Positions 9,333 to 18,463 of a stretch of DNA of 64,000 bases are shown here, one piece after another. The notes beneath the pieces were generated by a model, which saw nothing but the letters and a program-made list of their open reading frames with translations, was not told the origin of the DNA and made no database searches. Position numbers and translations under genes: made by a program. How positions within the stretch are numbered: position 1 is the first letter of the stretch; every line of letters starts with the position of its first letter. Source of the DNA: a virus; the IMG/VR virus record IMGVR_UViG_3300023179_000011, positions 135,846 to 199,845 of that record, one strand, 5' to 3'.

Positions 9333-10160
9333 TCACGCTTGCGGTACTAGTACATACGGACGGCCGTTAATTACCAACGTGCCGCCAATATTTATACCAG
9401 CATCTTTTGTGATAGGATACGCCGTTGTACGTTTACCGTACAGCTTAATGATTTCTGAAATGTCGCCTTCTTGCGGTTTTGTTACGTTTGGGTCGTAGTA
9501 GGGCGCCATGAGGTTGCCGGCGTTTAAATGCGGCAAACCGAGCGCATGCCCTAGTTCGTGGCAAATAACAGCCACGGCCATGTTAAAACTCCAATCTTCC
9601 GCTTCGTCAAACATTTGATCGAGCTGCACGTTTTCTGCGACGCCGCACGGAAGTTCGCTCCACGCGAGCGTACCACCTTTGTTATCTAAACCGTTTTTCT
9701 TACCGGCCCCAGAGCGCGCGTAAATATTGGCTTTTTTGTGCGTATCAACCCGCACAGGATCAATAGCGCACACTTCAGCCCACTGAGAAAAAGCGATGTC
9801 ATACGCTTCTGATACTTGCGCTGTTGTAAGCCCGGGCAGATGAATTTCGTGGTAGTACGAAATATTCGGTATCGGCCATTTACAAGGATCACTGCCCGAC
9901 GCCGTGATGTTAAAGTCAGGCAGGCCGCAGCGCTTCCGGTTAATTCTATGCGCGGTCTTTGGTCCGACAGTTCCGGTCGGATTCAAACCATTGAATTCTT
10001 GAAACGAGCGAATCGCCTTTTGGAGTTCCGCGCCTTTGATTTTCTTGACTTGCGCCAGCGTTTTGTCGCCGAAATACCCCAGCACGTGGAGGCGGCGAAG
10101 GATCTCGCTAACGGGTAATACATGCGAGTCGTTCTTTTGATTTGTTGGCTTCCGTGCCAT
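9333..10160 (-). CDS. Matrixin-like (M10A) zinc metalloprotease with an N-terminal peptidoglycan-binding-like domain
   Basis: AIRSFQEFNGLNPTG (PGBD), RCGLPD (cysteine switch), HELGHALGLPH, LMAPYY (Met-turn). Confidence 0.9.
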   Translation of the reverse strand: MARKPTNQKNDSHVLPVSEILRRLHVLGYFGDKTLAQVKKIKGAELQKAIRSFQEFNGLNPTGTVGPKTAHRINRKRCGLPDFNITASGSDPCKWPIPNISYYHEIHLPGLTTAQVSEAYDIAFSQWAEVCAIDPVRVDTHKKANIYARSGAGKKNGLDNKGGTLAWSELPCGVAENVQLDQMFDEAEDWSFNMAVAVICHELGHALGLPHLNAGNLMAPYYDPNVTKPQEGDISEIIKLYGKRTTAYPITKDAGINIGGTLVINGRPYVLVPQA

Positions 10161-10180
10161 AGTGCGCGTCCTTGCAAAGG

Positions 10181-10585
10181 TTATTGCGCGGCAGCCAACT
10201 CCATTAACCCGGCGGCTGCTGCGTCGTCGATTGTATCACTCAGCGTATAGACAGCGCCAACAACAGGGTTGTCACGCGTGTATTCTACGCCTGTTTTCTC
10301 GCAGTGATCGCGCCACACGTTGTTCAGCCGGCGCCGCAGTCGCATAAGTTTGCGCGGCGGAAGCGTACGTAACTCGCGCATGCTGTTCTGAATCGCGTCC
10401 GCGGAGTTCTTTTCTCGGCAATGAATGATCACCTGCACAATGATCGAAATGATCATGATGATGGTGATAGGATCAAACTGATACGAGTTATTACCCTGAG
10501 CGACAAGCTCGTCCGTGAGCTTGTCTCTCAGGGCTGACAGCGCAGGCGACTCGTTCACACGGCGCTGCAGTTCTTCTGTAGTCAT
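10181..10585 (-). CDS. Hypothetical protein with one hydrophobic segment
   Basis: 134-aa ORF; ITIIMIISIIVQVII. Confidence 0.65.
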   Translation of the reverse strand: MTTEELQRRVNESPALSALRDKLTDELVAQGNNSYQFDPITIIMIISIIVQVIIHCREKNSADAIQNSMRELRTLPPRKLMRLRRRLNNVWRDHCEKTGVEYTRDNPVVGAVYTLSDTIDDAAAAGLMELAAAQ

Positions 10586-10956
10586 CAGTTTGCCGCCCGT
10601 TCAGCGCGCATTTTTTCGACAGCGATCGCTTCCATGTAGCGATAACGCGCGTCGATCATCTGAGCGCGGATCTCAGTCCGACCCGCCAGATACTTCCAGA
10701 TCAGCGCGCTGTTCAGCACGACAATCTGTGTCGCGCCGACAATAGCCGTGATCGCCTTGGTAAGCGTTTCGGCCTGCGACTGATCAACCCAGCCAACGAG
10801 CACAGCAACAGCAATCAGGTTCGTTACCGCGCCGACAGCCATAGTCCAAAATTCAGGCGTCAGCCAGTTGCCAGAATCGCCGCTTACATCGTCAGCCGCG
10901 GCATTTAAAACGCGCAGCTCTTCACGAACTGTTTCAACACTTTTTTTCGTAGCCAT
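10585..10956 (-). CDS. Two-TM membrane protein, holin-like
   Basis: AGGAG RBS before MATKK; WLTPEFW followed by two hydrophobic helices. Confidence 0.6.
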   Translation of the reverse strand: MATKKSVETVREELRVLNAAADDVSGDSGNWLTPEFWTMAVGAVTNLIAVAVLVGWVDQSQAETLTKAITAIVGATQIVVLNSALIWKYLAGRTEIRAQMIDARYRYMEAIAVEKMRAERAAN

Positions 10957-10985
10957 AACTTCTCCTAGAAAAAAGACGTGCCCGT

Positions 10986-11013
10986 ATTGTACTAACCACA
11001 AAATTCAACGCAA
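10986..11013 (-). promoter_or_regulatory. Sigma70-like promoter TTGCGT-N16-TACAAT
   Basis: Intergenic, upstream of the membrane/protease genes. Confidence 0.4.
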
Positions 11014-11019
11014 GTCGGA

Positions 11020-12030
11020 TTAACGCCCAAACATACTGGGGACGATGGCGTGCATCATGCCGCCCCATAACCCCATATCTTGTAACTTTGCCTGCCCCGC
11101 TGGTGTTAAACCGGCGAGCGCTGATAAGGCTTTTCCGGCGACCGTCGCGGTTGCCAAACCGACGCCGGCAGACGCAATACCGTTAATTACGTCTACTGGC
11201 CGAATAATAGGCGAGCGCATGTTGGTGCTGATACCGCTCATTAGCCCGGTGGCTGCGGCAGCAAACTGCGGCGGCGTATGGTTTTGAAACCCGCGGTACA
11301 TTCCCATATTCACATCCTGCCACGCCGCGCTGTTGAACTGCGGCACCGACACTGTTGGAGCAAACATCGGGTCGTCTGCAAACGACTTCTTGGTCATCTT
11401 AGCTTCGTAGGGGTAGACGACCGGTGTTTTGTTATTTGTAAGAAGACCGCGCAACATGCTCGTACGGAGCGCGCGCGCATTGGCGTACGAATTCAACCCG
11501 GCGACGCCAACACCGCTCAGAGCGCCCATCAGGCCGAGCGTGCGGCGCAGTTTGCCGCGCTCCAGATAGCGTGCTGGAAAAACTTGCTCTGCCAGCGCGC
11601 CCGCGCCATATCCGAGGCCGCCGGCGAGCAACCCGGTCATCAGCCCGTTCGACAGCGGCGTGGGGCCGCCGAGCATGGCGTTGCCGGTGTTCCACACGGT
11701 AGGCAGGCCGGGTACAAGCGAACCGACTTTAATGATGATCTCTTCTGCCGGATCTGGCTGTGCCGGCCCGCGCGTCACAATTGCAACGTTATAACCAGCT
11801 TGCTTCATCTCGTCGGCGTACGCGGCGCTTGCTGTTTTGTTTGTCTCCGCTGGCGCATACAGCGTGACCAAACCGACGTCTGGCTCCCACGTCGCGACCG
11901 TCGTCGCCAGCAGGCCCGCGGCGAGCGCGGCGTGTTCGTGAGCGGTTTTAAGCTGAAACGCCGCCGGAAGCAGCGTTGAAACACGCTCCGGGACAGCCTG
12001 CCACTCGTAAATAGTCGCGGTTGCAGTCAT
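11020..12030 (-). CDS. Hypothetical Gly/Ala-rich virion-type protein
   Basis: 336-aa ORF; NKTASA motif; Gly-rich hydrophobic helices. Confidence 0.7.
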   Translation of the reverse strand: MTATATIYEWQAVPERVSTLLPAAFQLKTAHEHAALAAGLLATTVATWEPDVGLVTLYAPAETNKTASAAYADEMKQAGYNVAIVTRGPAQPDPAEEIIIKVGSLVPGLPTVWNTGNAMLGGPTPLSNGLMTGLLAGGLGYGAGALAEQVFPARYLERGKLRRTLGLMGALSGVGVAGLNSYANARALRTSMLRGLLTNNKTPVVYPYEAKMTKKSFADDPMFAPTVSVPQFNSAAWQDVNMGMYRGFQNHTPPQFAAAATGLMSGISTNMRSPIIRPVDVINGIASAGVGLATATVAGKALSALAGLTPAGQAKLQDMGLWGGMMHAIVPSMFGR

Positions 12031-12036
12031 AGCGCG

Positions 12037-12306
12037 TCAGCTTAAACCAAGTAAAAAACGAACAAACACCAAAATCCACGCTAATACGCCACTGATAGCA
12101 AAAAAAACAACAACCGCGCTTAGGCTTATCACGCGCCCAAGCTGCTGAATTGGAATGTCTTTCAACAGTCGCCACGCTTTGAGGTAATCAATCGCGCCCG
12201 GCTGCTTCGGGGGCGTGGGCGCAGGTGGAGTGTTTGGTTCCGGCGTGACGGGATCTTTTTTACGTCCGAGCAGCCCGCGCAGCCGGTCGAGTAGCGAGTC
12301 AGCCAT
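12037..12306 (-). CDS. Small C-terminally anchored membrane protein
   Basis: Likely start MADSLL; long C-terminal hydrophobic stretch. Confidence 0.6.
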   Translation of the reverse strand: MADSLLDRLRGLLGRKKDPVTPEPNTPPAPTPPKQPGAIDYLKAWRLLKDIPIQQLGRVISLSAVVVFFAISGVLAWILVFVRFLLGLS

Positions 12307-13960
12307 GGTTCTTTCCCCAGTTTTTGATTGTGTCGAAAACATCGTTGCCGTAAAGCTGGGTTGCTTTATCGAACATGTTCATCTGCGGCAGCGTTCCAGT
12401 CGCGGCAGCTTGGGCCATTTGATAGCGATACTGCGGATCGAGCATTGACCGGTACTGGTGCGCTTTCATTCTCGACGCCAGAATAAAGTCGCCGCGCTGT
12501 TTGGCTTTTAACAGATGATCAACCACATTTTCGTACACGGGTTTGTTGTGGTCGAACACAAACGGTGTGCGAAAATTTAATAAATTGCCAAACTGCTGCG
12601 CATACACACTGTTCTCGGCCGCTTTGACCTGCGAACCGATGACACCGCGCGGAGCATGAAACCGAAACTTTGTCGGCGTATGGGTGATACCCTTGTACTT
12701 TGGCTTTGGATCATCAACGTGCCAGTCCTGCGGCGATTGCGCGATTAATCGCCGCAAGATTTCATGCTTGCGGTCGTATTCGCGGCGGTCGGAGTGCGTT
12801 TTCGCGCTACGCAGCTCGTCAAGAATGCTGGGTTTCTTTTTTTCTGGCTGCGCGGCGGATGATTTGATGCCGCCGATGGTCGTATTTGAAATCGGCGGCG
12901 ACGCGGGCAGGGCTGAAGAATTAACAACGGGGGTTGTTCCGCCGTTTGGTTTTGATTGTTGCTGCATCCCGCGGCGAATCTGACCGGGCGGTGTTGTCAC
13001 AATTTTAAAGGCTTTGCCGTGCCACTGATCAAAATCAATTGGATCCTGAGCACCCTTCTCTATTTCTTTGACTTTTTCGTAGTACTGCGGATCTTCGGAC
13101 AGGTGATCCTTGGCAATTTCTTTGGCAACTTGATCGTTTCTTGTGTGTTCGTGCTCATGTTTAGCTCCTTCGGCTAACGAGTCAGCAGAAAATTCCCGAT
13201 CGGGTAAATTATCACCTTTTCCGCCCGCTAACAGGTCTTTTTGTCCCGAGCGGGAAAAATTTGTACTTTTGGCCGCCGTATTATCCCGTACGGGAGTGTT
13301 GCTAGCGGCTTTCAGCTCTCCCCTACTGATGGGGTTACTAAACCGATGCCCTTCGTCACTTTCGGCAGGGGTTTCGTAACCCTTGGCTTTGCCGTTGTCG
13401 AGAAGAATGCCCTTGCGGCGGGCGGCTACCGTGATGTGGAACGGATGATCGTCGTTCGGGAGCGCGGATAAGCCGTAGCTCTTGCGAAGCGCCGATAAAG
13501 CCGGGCTGCTGACCTGAATCGCCCAGACTTTGCTGACGCCGTCGACGTTTTTGACGTCAATCTCTTTCAGCCCGCCGAGCGTGTAACCAAACATGTGGCC
13601 GCGCTCGTTAATTTTGTCGGCGCCAATAGACGCAACCTCGTCCGCCGTCATCACCGATATATGCGCATTTACAATGTGCGCTTCGACGTTTGGGACGTTG
13701 AAGACGCCAGCCGTCGGAAGTTCGGTTCCGGGCTCAACCAGCGCGTCGAACACACCACGGACAAGGGCGTTCGGTACAGATAACAAAAGCCAGCCGGACT
13801 TGGCGAGATAGAGCCGGCCGGCGAGCGGGTAACTTGTGGCCGCCTGCTTGTTGCCGCCACGATACAGCCAGCCGAGCGCGTTGCCGGCGGCGTAGGCAGG
13901 ATGCTCGCGAAAGTATTGCGGGTCCCAAGCGATCGGATCGAGTGCTGAGAGGCTGTCCAT
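12299..13960 (-). CDS. Modular protein: 2H phosphoesterase domain + DUF5661-like module + unknown modules
   Basis: Paired AHISV / FHITV (HxS/HxT) motifs; EHEH...IAKDHLSEDPQYY module; modules separated by KQAA, KAAS, KGA and KAAE. Confidence 0.75.
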   Translation of the reverse strand: MDSLSALDPIAWDPQYFREHPAYAAGNALGWLYRGGNKQAATSYPLAGRLYLAKSGWLLLSVPNALVRGVFDALVEPGTELPTAGVFNVPNVEAHIVNAHISVMTADEVASIGADKINERGHMFGYTLGGLKEIDVKNVDGVSKVWAIQVSSPALSALRKSYGLSALPNDDHPFHITVAARRKGILLDNGKAKGYETPAESDEGHRFSNPISRGELKAASNTPVRDNTAAKSTNFSRSGQKDLLAGGKGDNLPDREFSADSLAEGAKHEHEHTRNDQVAKEIAKDHLSEDPQYYEKVKEIEKGAQDPIDFDQWHGKAFKIVTTPPGQIRRGMQQQSKPNGGTTPVVNSSALPASPPISNTTIGGIKSSAAQPEKKKPSILDELRSAKTHSDRREYDRKHEILRRLIAQSPQDWHVDDPKPKYKGITHTPTKFRFHAPRGVIGSQVKAAENSVYAQQFGNLLNFRTPFVFDHNKPVYENVVDHLLKAKQRGDFILASRMKAHQYRSMLDPQYRYQMAQAAATGTLPQMNMFDKATQLYGNDVFDTIKNWGKNHG

Positions 13961-13974
13961 AGCGCGCTTTCAAA

Positions 13975-14046
13975 CTGCCTGAGTAGGACTCGAACCTACA
14001 ACCCCAGCATTAACAGTGCCGTGCACTACCATTGTGCTATCAGGCA
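13975..14046 (-). tRNA. trnN: tRNA-Asn(GTT)
   Basis: Cloverleaf: TGCCTGA/TCAGGCA acceptor stem, CTGTTAA loop, TTCGAGT T-loop; CCA not encoded. Confidence 0.95.
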
Positions 14047-14183
14047 AGGTATGTCACGGGGTCGCGCTAATACTTGGATTCGTCATACCTCCAACCGCAT
14101 GATGAGAAACTGCCGCATACGCGGACACCAGCAGCAAGAGGCAAAATACGGCGGAAGCGCCCCATGCGACTACGCTTAATTGT

Positions 14184-14540
14184 TTACGGACGGTCATTGT
14201 CATGCTCGTGCTCCAGTTCGCGGTCACGTTCGTGCACAATGGTTACTTTGATACCGGCACCCGACAATAACGATATTGCCAGATCCGTTAAAGTGGAACC
14301 GCCCATGCCCGCCAGCACGCAAATGCCGATCAGGCCGTAGACGTTTTCGGCTTTCCGATAGTTTTGATACCAAATCAGGGCGATGGCGAGGCCGAGAAAA
14401 CCGGCGTTCAGCATCGCACTGATGATAGCTAGTTTAGACAGTTTCTTAGCAAACCGCAAAAGCGTTGCCAGCCCGGCAAACGCAGCCGCGCCAAAAGCGC
14501 TTAAAAGCACCGACAACGAATGTAATGTTTCGTCGCCCAT
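14184..14540 (-). CDS. Putative holin (three TM segments)
   Basis: 118 aa, three hydrophobic helices, GICVLAGMGG, charged C-terminal tail. Confidence 0.65.
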   Translation of the reverse strand: MGDETLHSLSVLLSAFGAAAFAGLATLLRFAKKLSKLAIISAMLNAGFLGLAIALIWYQNYRKAENVYGLIGICVLAGMGGSTLTDLAISLLSGAGIKVTIVHERDRELEHEHDNDRP

Positions 14541-14575
14541 GATTTGTAACCGCCTGTAATTACTGGTGTTATAAA

Positions 14576-14797
14576 TGTGTCAAAAGCCCCTGCGATCCCC
14601 TGTCCGCAGGCCCTATCACGGCCGAAGCCGCGATTCTGCAGCAACTTTCAAGGACATAATTTCGTCCCGTGTGGCATTTGCTGCTCCTCCGCCCGTGAGC
14701 CCGACAAAATCTGACCACGGAACCTGTAACCCCCGCGGCATCCCTGCCTTAGAAGCTACGCCTAACCAGTCGACCACCACGACTAACTTTTGACACA
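14576..14797 (-). ncRNA. Candidate structured ncRNA (~220 nt)
   Basis: 11-bp closing helix TGTGTCAAAAG/CTTTTGACACA; internal CGCGGC-TTCG-GCCGTG, CCTGCG/CGCAGG and GCAGCAA/TTGCTGC helices. Confidence 0.55.
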
Positions 14798-14875
14798 ACT
14801 CTAGTTTAACATTTTTTATCCGGCGTAAGATAACGTCGAATAAACCGCAGCGACAAATTGTCAAAGAGCGCGCCG

Positions 14876-15328
14876 CTAAATGTACAGCGCGGGAACATTG
14901 CTGCACAGCCCGGCTGGTTCAAATTGCTCAATCCAGCCGGGAGCTGTCTCAGGAAGAAAAGCGATCGAGCGCGGCGCCAACTCGTGCGGCGCGGGCGTCC
15001 AAATAAATTGCGCGCTGGTTAGCGTAGGCGCGGTGCTATCGAAAAGGGCGTGCGCGCCCACGTTGCACAGCGCGTCGAGCGTTTCGCAGTCAAAGCAGCG
15101 CGACCAGACACGCTGCTTGGAAAAAAACCCGGGCGGGGCTGAATTAAATCCGCTGTCAAAGGGCAATAAAAAACTACCCTGATAAAACACGACGTTTGCG
15201 CACACGTGCCAGCCGGCGTCTAGCGCGGCTTTAAGATATGCCAGCCGATTTTCTTTCTCAGGCTGCGGGCCAACAGTGTTGCCAAGATTGGCAATTAAAA
15301 TACCTTCAAACCGCGTGTTACGCGCCAT
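14876..15328 (-). CDS. Degenerate glycerophosphodiester phosphodiesterase-like protein
   Basis: IANLGN...EN...LKAALDAGWHVCANV aligns by eye with IAHRG...EN...VExDV, but the catalytic residues are replaced. Confidence 0.5.
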   Translation of the reverse strand: MARNTRFEGILIANLGNTVGPQPEKENRLAYLKAALDAGWHVCANVVFYQGSFLLPFDSGFNSAPPGFFSKQRVWSRCFDCETLDALCNVGAHALFDSTAPTLTSAQFIWTPAPHELAPRSIAFLPETAPGWIEQFEPAGLCSNVPALYI

Positions 15329-15415
15329 GCCTGCTTCCCTGACTTGTTAATAGCCGCCACGTGTTTGTATGTGGCGTATCCTACTCGTGACTGCAACGTG
15401 TGTCCACGAGAAGAG

Positions 15416-16450
15416 TCAAAGAATCTTGGCGGCAATCAGACATCCGCGCGCAACAGCGTGCAGCGGATCTTTAGCGTGACGAACTTCTTTCACAGGAAGA
15501 GGGAAGCCGTTCTCTTCCAACTTCTTGGTGAACATTTCGACGAAGCCTTTTGCGCGCGTTGTGCCGCCGGCTACAGATATCAAAATCGGCTCTTTGAACT
15601 TTGGGAGCGCTTTGTGGTCGCGCAGCGCAGCAGCCAGCTGCTTCGTTGTATAGTCGATCAGACGCTCGTAGTACACGCTCACGGCGGCAAGAATCGCGTT
15701 GTCGCCCCCGCCCTCGCCGATGACAAACGTGCCGTGCTCTTTTTCCGCTTGCACGACCGAATCCGGCTCGTTTGTTGCTACGGCCGTCATGCGATCGATC
15801 CAGTCGCCGGACTTCGTCGTCGAGAACAGCACTGTTGGCTCGCCGTTAAGCATCACGCATACGTTCACCATGCCGGCGCCCCACGACAGGCCGATGCCGG
15901 TGTAATCGTCATGTTCCAGCTCTGAGTAGCACAGCGCCTCGGCTTCGTTAATAGCGCGTGCGGCGTAACCCTGCTCCGCCAGCACAGTGCGCACGACGTC
16001 TTCGTGGTACGCGACGTCAAAATCGTCGTCTTCTTGATCGACGGGCTGCGCCGGCACGCAAAAGATCAGCTTTTCATTAGGCTGGCTCGCTGTTCCGACC
16101 ACTTCCTTGAGAATAAACGCAAGTACGCGTTTCGCTTCTTTTTCCTTCGGGCTAACCACGCCGCGAAACATAGGGCGCTTAGCCGAGTCATTGCGCTCGA
16201 CGGCCTTCTCGATGGCGTCTTGGCCGAGAATGATAAAACTTCCGTCGGCGTCTTTAACGAAAACCTTGCCCTGCAGGCCCTTTTCGATCATTTTTGTGGC
16301 CACGGGTGTCGTCGGCTTGATGACGTAAAAAGCATCGCGAAAGTCTTTGTACTGCACGTTGCCGACCACGTGAGGGTCGGTTGTAGAGTTTGCGGCGGCG
16401 TCTTGGGCCAGCACGATAAACGATGTTCCAACGTCGAGACCTTTGGCCAT
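15416..16450 (-). CDS. Actin-superfamily ATPase (MreB/FtsA/ParM-like fold)
   Basis: GLDVGT (phosphate 1), INEAEA (connect 1), SWGAGMVN (phosphate 2), VAGGT (adenosine). Confidence 0.85.
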   Translation of the reverse strand: MAKGLDVGTSFIVLAQDAAANSTTDPHVVGNVQYKDFRDAFYVIKPTTPVATKMIEKGLQGKVFVKDADGSFIILGQDAIEKAVERNDSAKRPMFRGVVSPKEKEAKRVLAFILKEVVGTASQPNEKLIFCVPAQPVDQEDDDFDVAYHEDVVRTVLAEQGYAARAINEAEALCYSELEHDDYTGIGLSWGAGMVNVCVMLNGEPTVLFSTTKSGDWIDRMTAVATNEPDSVVQAEKEHGTFVIGEGGGDNAILAAVSVYYERLIDYTTKQLAAALRDHKALPKFKEPILISVAGGTTRAKGFVEMFTKKLEENGFPLPVKEVRHAKDPLHAVARGCLIAAKIL

Positions 16451-16452
16451 GA

Positions 16453-16803
16453 TTACTTTCCTTTCAATTGCGCGAGCTTGGACACAGACAAACTAATATC
16501 ATCCTGTGTTTGAATTGTTTTGCCAAGTTCGAGTTGTTGCGTTTTTTGTAAATTGCCGGTGTTAATTTCCCCGACATATTTCCCCGTGTCAATTTCGATC
16601 TTTGTTTTGCCGGTCGCGCTGTCTTTTTCTGTCATAGCTGCGCGCAACGTATTTGCCGCGGGGGCAAACGACATCGGCGCGTGTTCGCGCGTTACGGGTA
16701 CGGCAAACCGCACAATCAGCAAATCTACGCGGCCAACAACATAACCAAACGCAAAACTGAAAAAAACACAGAGAAAAATTGTAGAGTATGTCAGTGTCAA
16801 CAT
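16453..16803 (-). CDS. N-terminally membrane-anchored hypothetical protein
   Basis: N-terminal TM helix; directly upstream of the actin-like gene. Confidence 0.65.
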   Translation of the reverse strand: MLTLTYSTIFLCVFFSFAFGYVVGRVDLLIVRFAVPVTREHAPMSFAPAANTLRAAMTEKDSATGKTKIEIDTGKYVGEINTGNLQKTQQLELGKTIQTQDDISLSVSKLAQLKGK

Positions 16804-17501
16804 GTTTCAGGCTTGCGCCATCCTCGGTGTGATTTGATGCGGCCCGCGTTTACGCTACGCATATGGCAATCGCGCAGGCCGTTATGGCGGCAGAAGTCCT
16901 TGAGATTGTGAATGATAACTAAATCACCGTCAGGATTAAGGAAGTTATACGTCTTGGCGTACTTCTCGCGGATGACGTTGCGACCACGAGCACGCAGTTC
17001 TTTCATCCGCTGTTCAGGAATCGCGTGCACACCTGTTTTCATCTCGACGGATTTAGTGCCGCCAATGCTGGCCCACTTTTGGCGAGTCTTGGCGTCCATG
17101 TTAGCAAAACCGGAGCCGCCGTTGTGCGAGCGTTGTTGGGCGATTTTGCGCTGCTCCGGCGTAAGCAAAAACCGCCCCGCTGCGTTGCGATTCAGGCACA
17201 ACTCCGGGCCCAGATGCTCGGTATCGGCGTGCGCTGACTTAATCAAAAGCGTTTCGGCATCTGAAAGTTCTTTGGCTGCTTTTTTCGACTCGCGGCGATA
17301 TTCAGCCTTCAAGATAACTTTAAGCGCGTCGCCCTGATACTCGTCGTGTGCTGCATCGTTGTAATGCGCGAAAGTGACAGGAGAACCAAAGTACTGGTGA
17401 TCTTCATCGGGCGAGCGGTCGGTGACGCGCGAGCCGTAATAAAACTTATACCCCAGCGACGGATACAAGATCACGTACAAATAGTACCAGCGTTTACGCA
17501 T
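16797..17501 (-). CDS. GIY-YIG-like free-standing homing endonuclease
   Basis: YLYVILY...YYGS N-terminus; basic C-terminal NUMOD-like tail (KSHRGW). Confidence 0.7.
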   Translation of the reverse strand: MRKRWYYLYVILYPSLGYKFYYGSRVTDRSPDEDHQYFGSPVTFAHYNDAAHDEYQGDALKVILKAEYRRESKKAAKELSDAETLLIKSAHADTEHLGPELCLNRNAAGRFLLTPEQRKIAQQRSHNGGSGFANMDAKTRQKWASIGGTKSVEMKTGVHAIPEQRMKELRARGRNVIREKYAKTYNFLNPDGDLVIIHNLKDFCRHNGLRDCHMRSVNAGRIKSHRGWRKPETC

Positions 17502-17574
17502 ACACTGAATCCGTTCAGCGCGAGTTTTCAGCCAAATCCTTTTGACTGCCGGTGTTTTAATTACCGGGCTGGAA

Positions 17575-17724
17575 CTATTTTAACAATTTGTGCGCGATAG
17601 TCGAAACTACCGTATATGTAAGCGCGATTGCAATTAACCACAAAATAGAGATTACAACGCGCCGCATACGCATGTTTGTATGCCAATAACGCGCCCGGAT
17701 TTCGTCAGGGTCGTGCAGTTGCAT
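17575..17724 (-). CDS. Small membrane peptide (49 aa, not in the ORF track)
   Basis: Hand translation MQLHDPDEIRARYWHTNMRMRRVVISILWLIAIALTYTVVSTIAHKLLK. Confidence 0.5.
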   Translation of the reverse strand: MQLHDPDEIRARYWHTNMRMRRVVISILWLIAIALTYTVVSTIAHKLLK

Positions 17725-17795
17725 AAGTTGCGCGTCGAGAGCAGTTTGATCTGCGTCAGTTTGAATTACTCACGGTTCCCAAGGCATATAGAGGC

Positions 17796-18284
17796 TCACA
17801 CTTCGATTTTTTTTCCGTCGCGTAACACAAAGATACCCAGCTTTTCTTCCAGTCGGCGATACACAACACCGGCCTCACGAAACATCTCGTCGCCGCGGTC
17901 GCAGCTCTCTTGCCAAGCGCCGTGCGCCGGCGGATGAGCTAGCCCGATCACTTCAGTAATCCCGGCACAGATAATTGCCCGCGCACAATCGGCGCATGCA
18001 AACCACGGGCAGTACAGCGTGGCGTGTTTTGTCGGCATTCCCAGTTTTGCCGCGTGATAAATAACATTACGCTCGGCGTGCTCGATGTAGGCGTACTTCA
18101 ACGGGCGCTGCAGACGGTCATCGTTCTTTTTAACGGAGGCCGGCAAACAGTTCGCGGCGGAAACAATATCGCCGCGCGTGGTCACTAGCACCGCGCCGTT
18201 CTGCGTGTGAATATCATCAGCCTGCCTAGTTGCAACGTGGCAGGCAATACGAAGATAAAACAAAGGATCAATGATGTTTGGCAT
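17796..18284 (-). CDS. dCMP deaminase
   Basis: HAERN and PWFACADC zinc-deaminase motifs. Confidence 0.9.
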   Translation of the reverse strand: MPNIIDPLFYLRIACHVATRQADDIHTQNGAVLVTTRGDIVSAANCLPASVKKNDDRLQRPLKYAYIEHAERNVIYHAAKLGMPTKHATLYCPWFACADCARAIICAGITEVIGLAHPPAHGAWQESCDRGDEMFREAGVVYRRLEEKLGIFVLRDGKKIEV

Positions 18285-18463
18285 CGTTGTAATAAATGCG
18301 GGCTGAATACTGGCAGCAGGACCGCTCGTGTCCCGCTTGTGCTCGTGTGTCGTTGGGGCGAAGGAGGCGCTTGGAAACGTTTGAAACCCGGCAACCAGTA
18401 TCCGGCACCACGGCTAACCAAGTGTGGTGCAAACACCGGGAGGACAACCGGTGTTTTGCGGCG

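Noticed and set aside
14616-14906. 96-aa minus-strand ORF
   Set aside because: No clear RBS, it overlaps the upstream gene end, and the region is better explained by RNA helices.
10993-17646. Shared ATTTTGTGGTTA 12-mer at about 10993 and 17635 as a promoter motif
   Set aside because: The second copy is coding (I-L-W-L in a 49-aa ORF); two copies are not enough.
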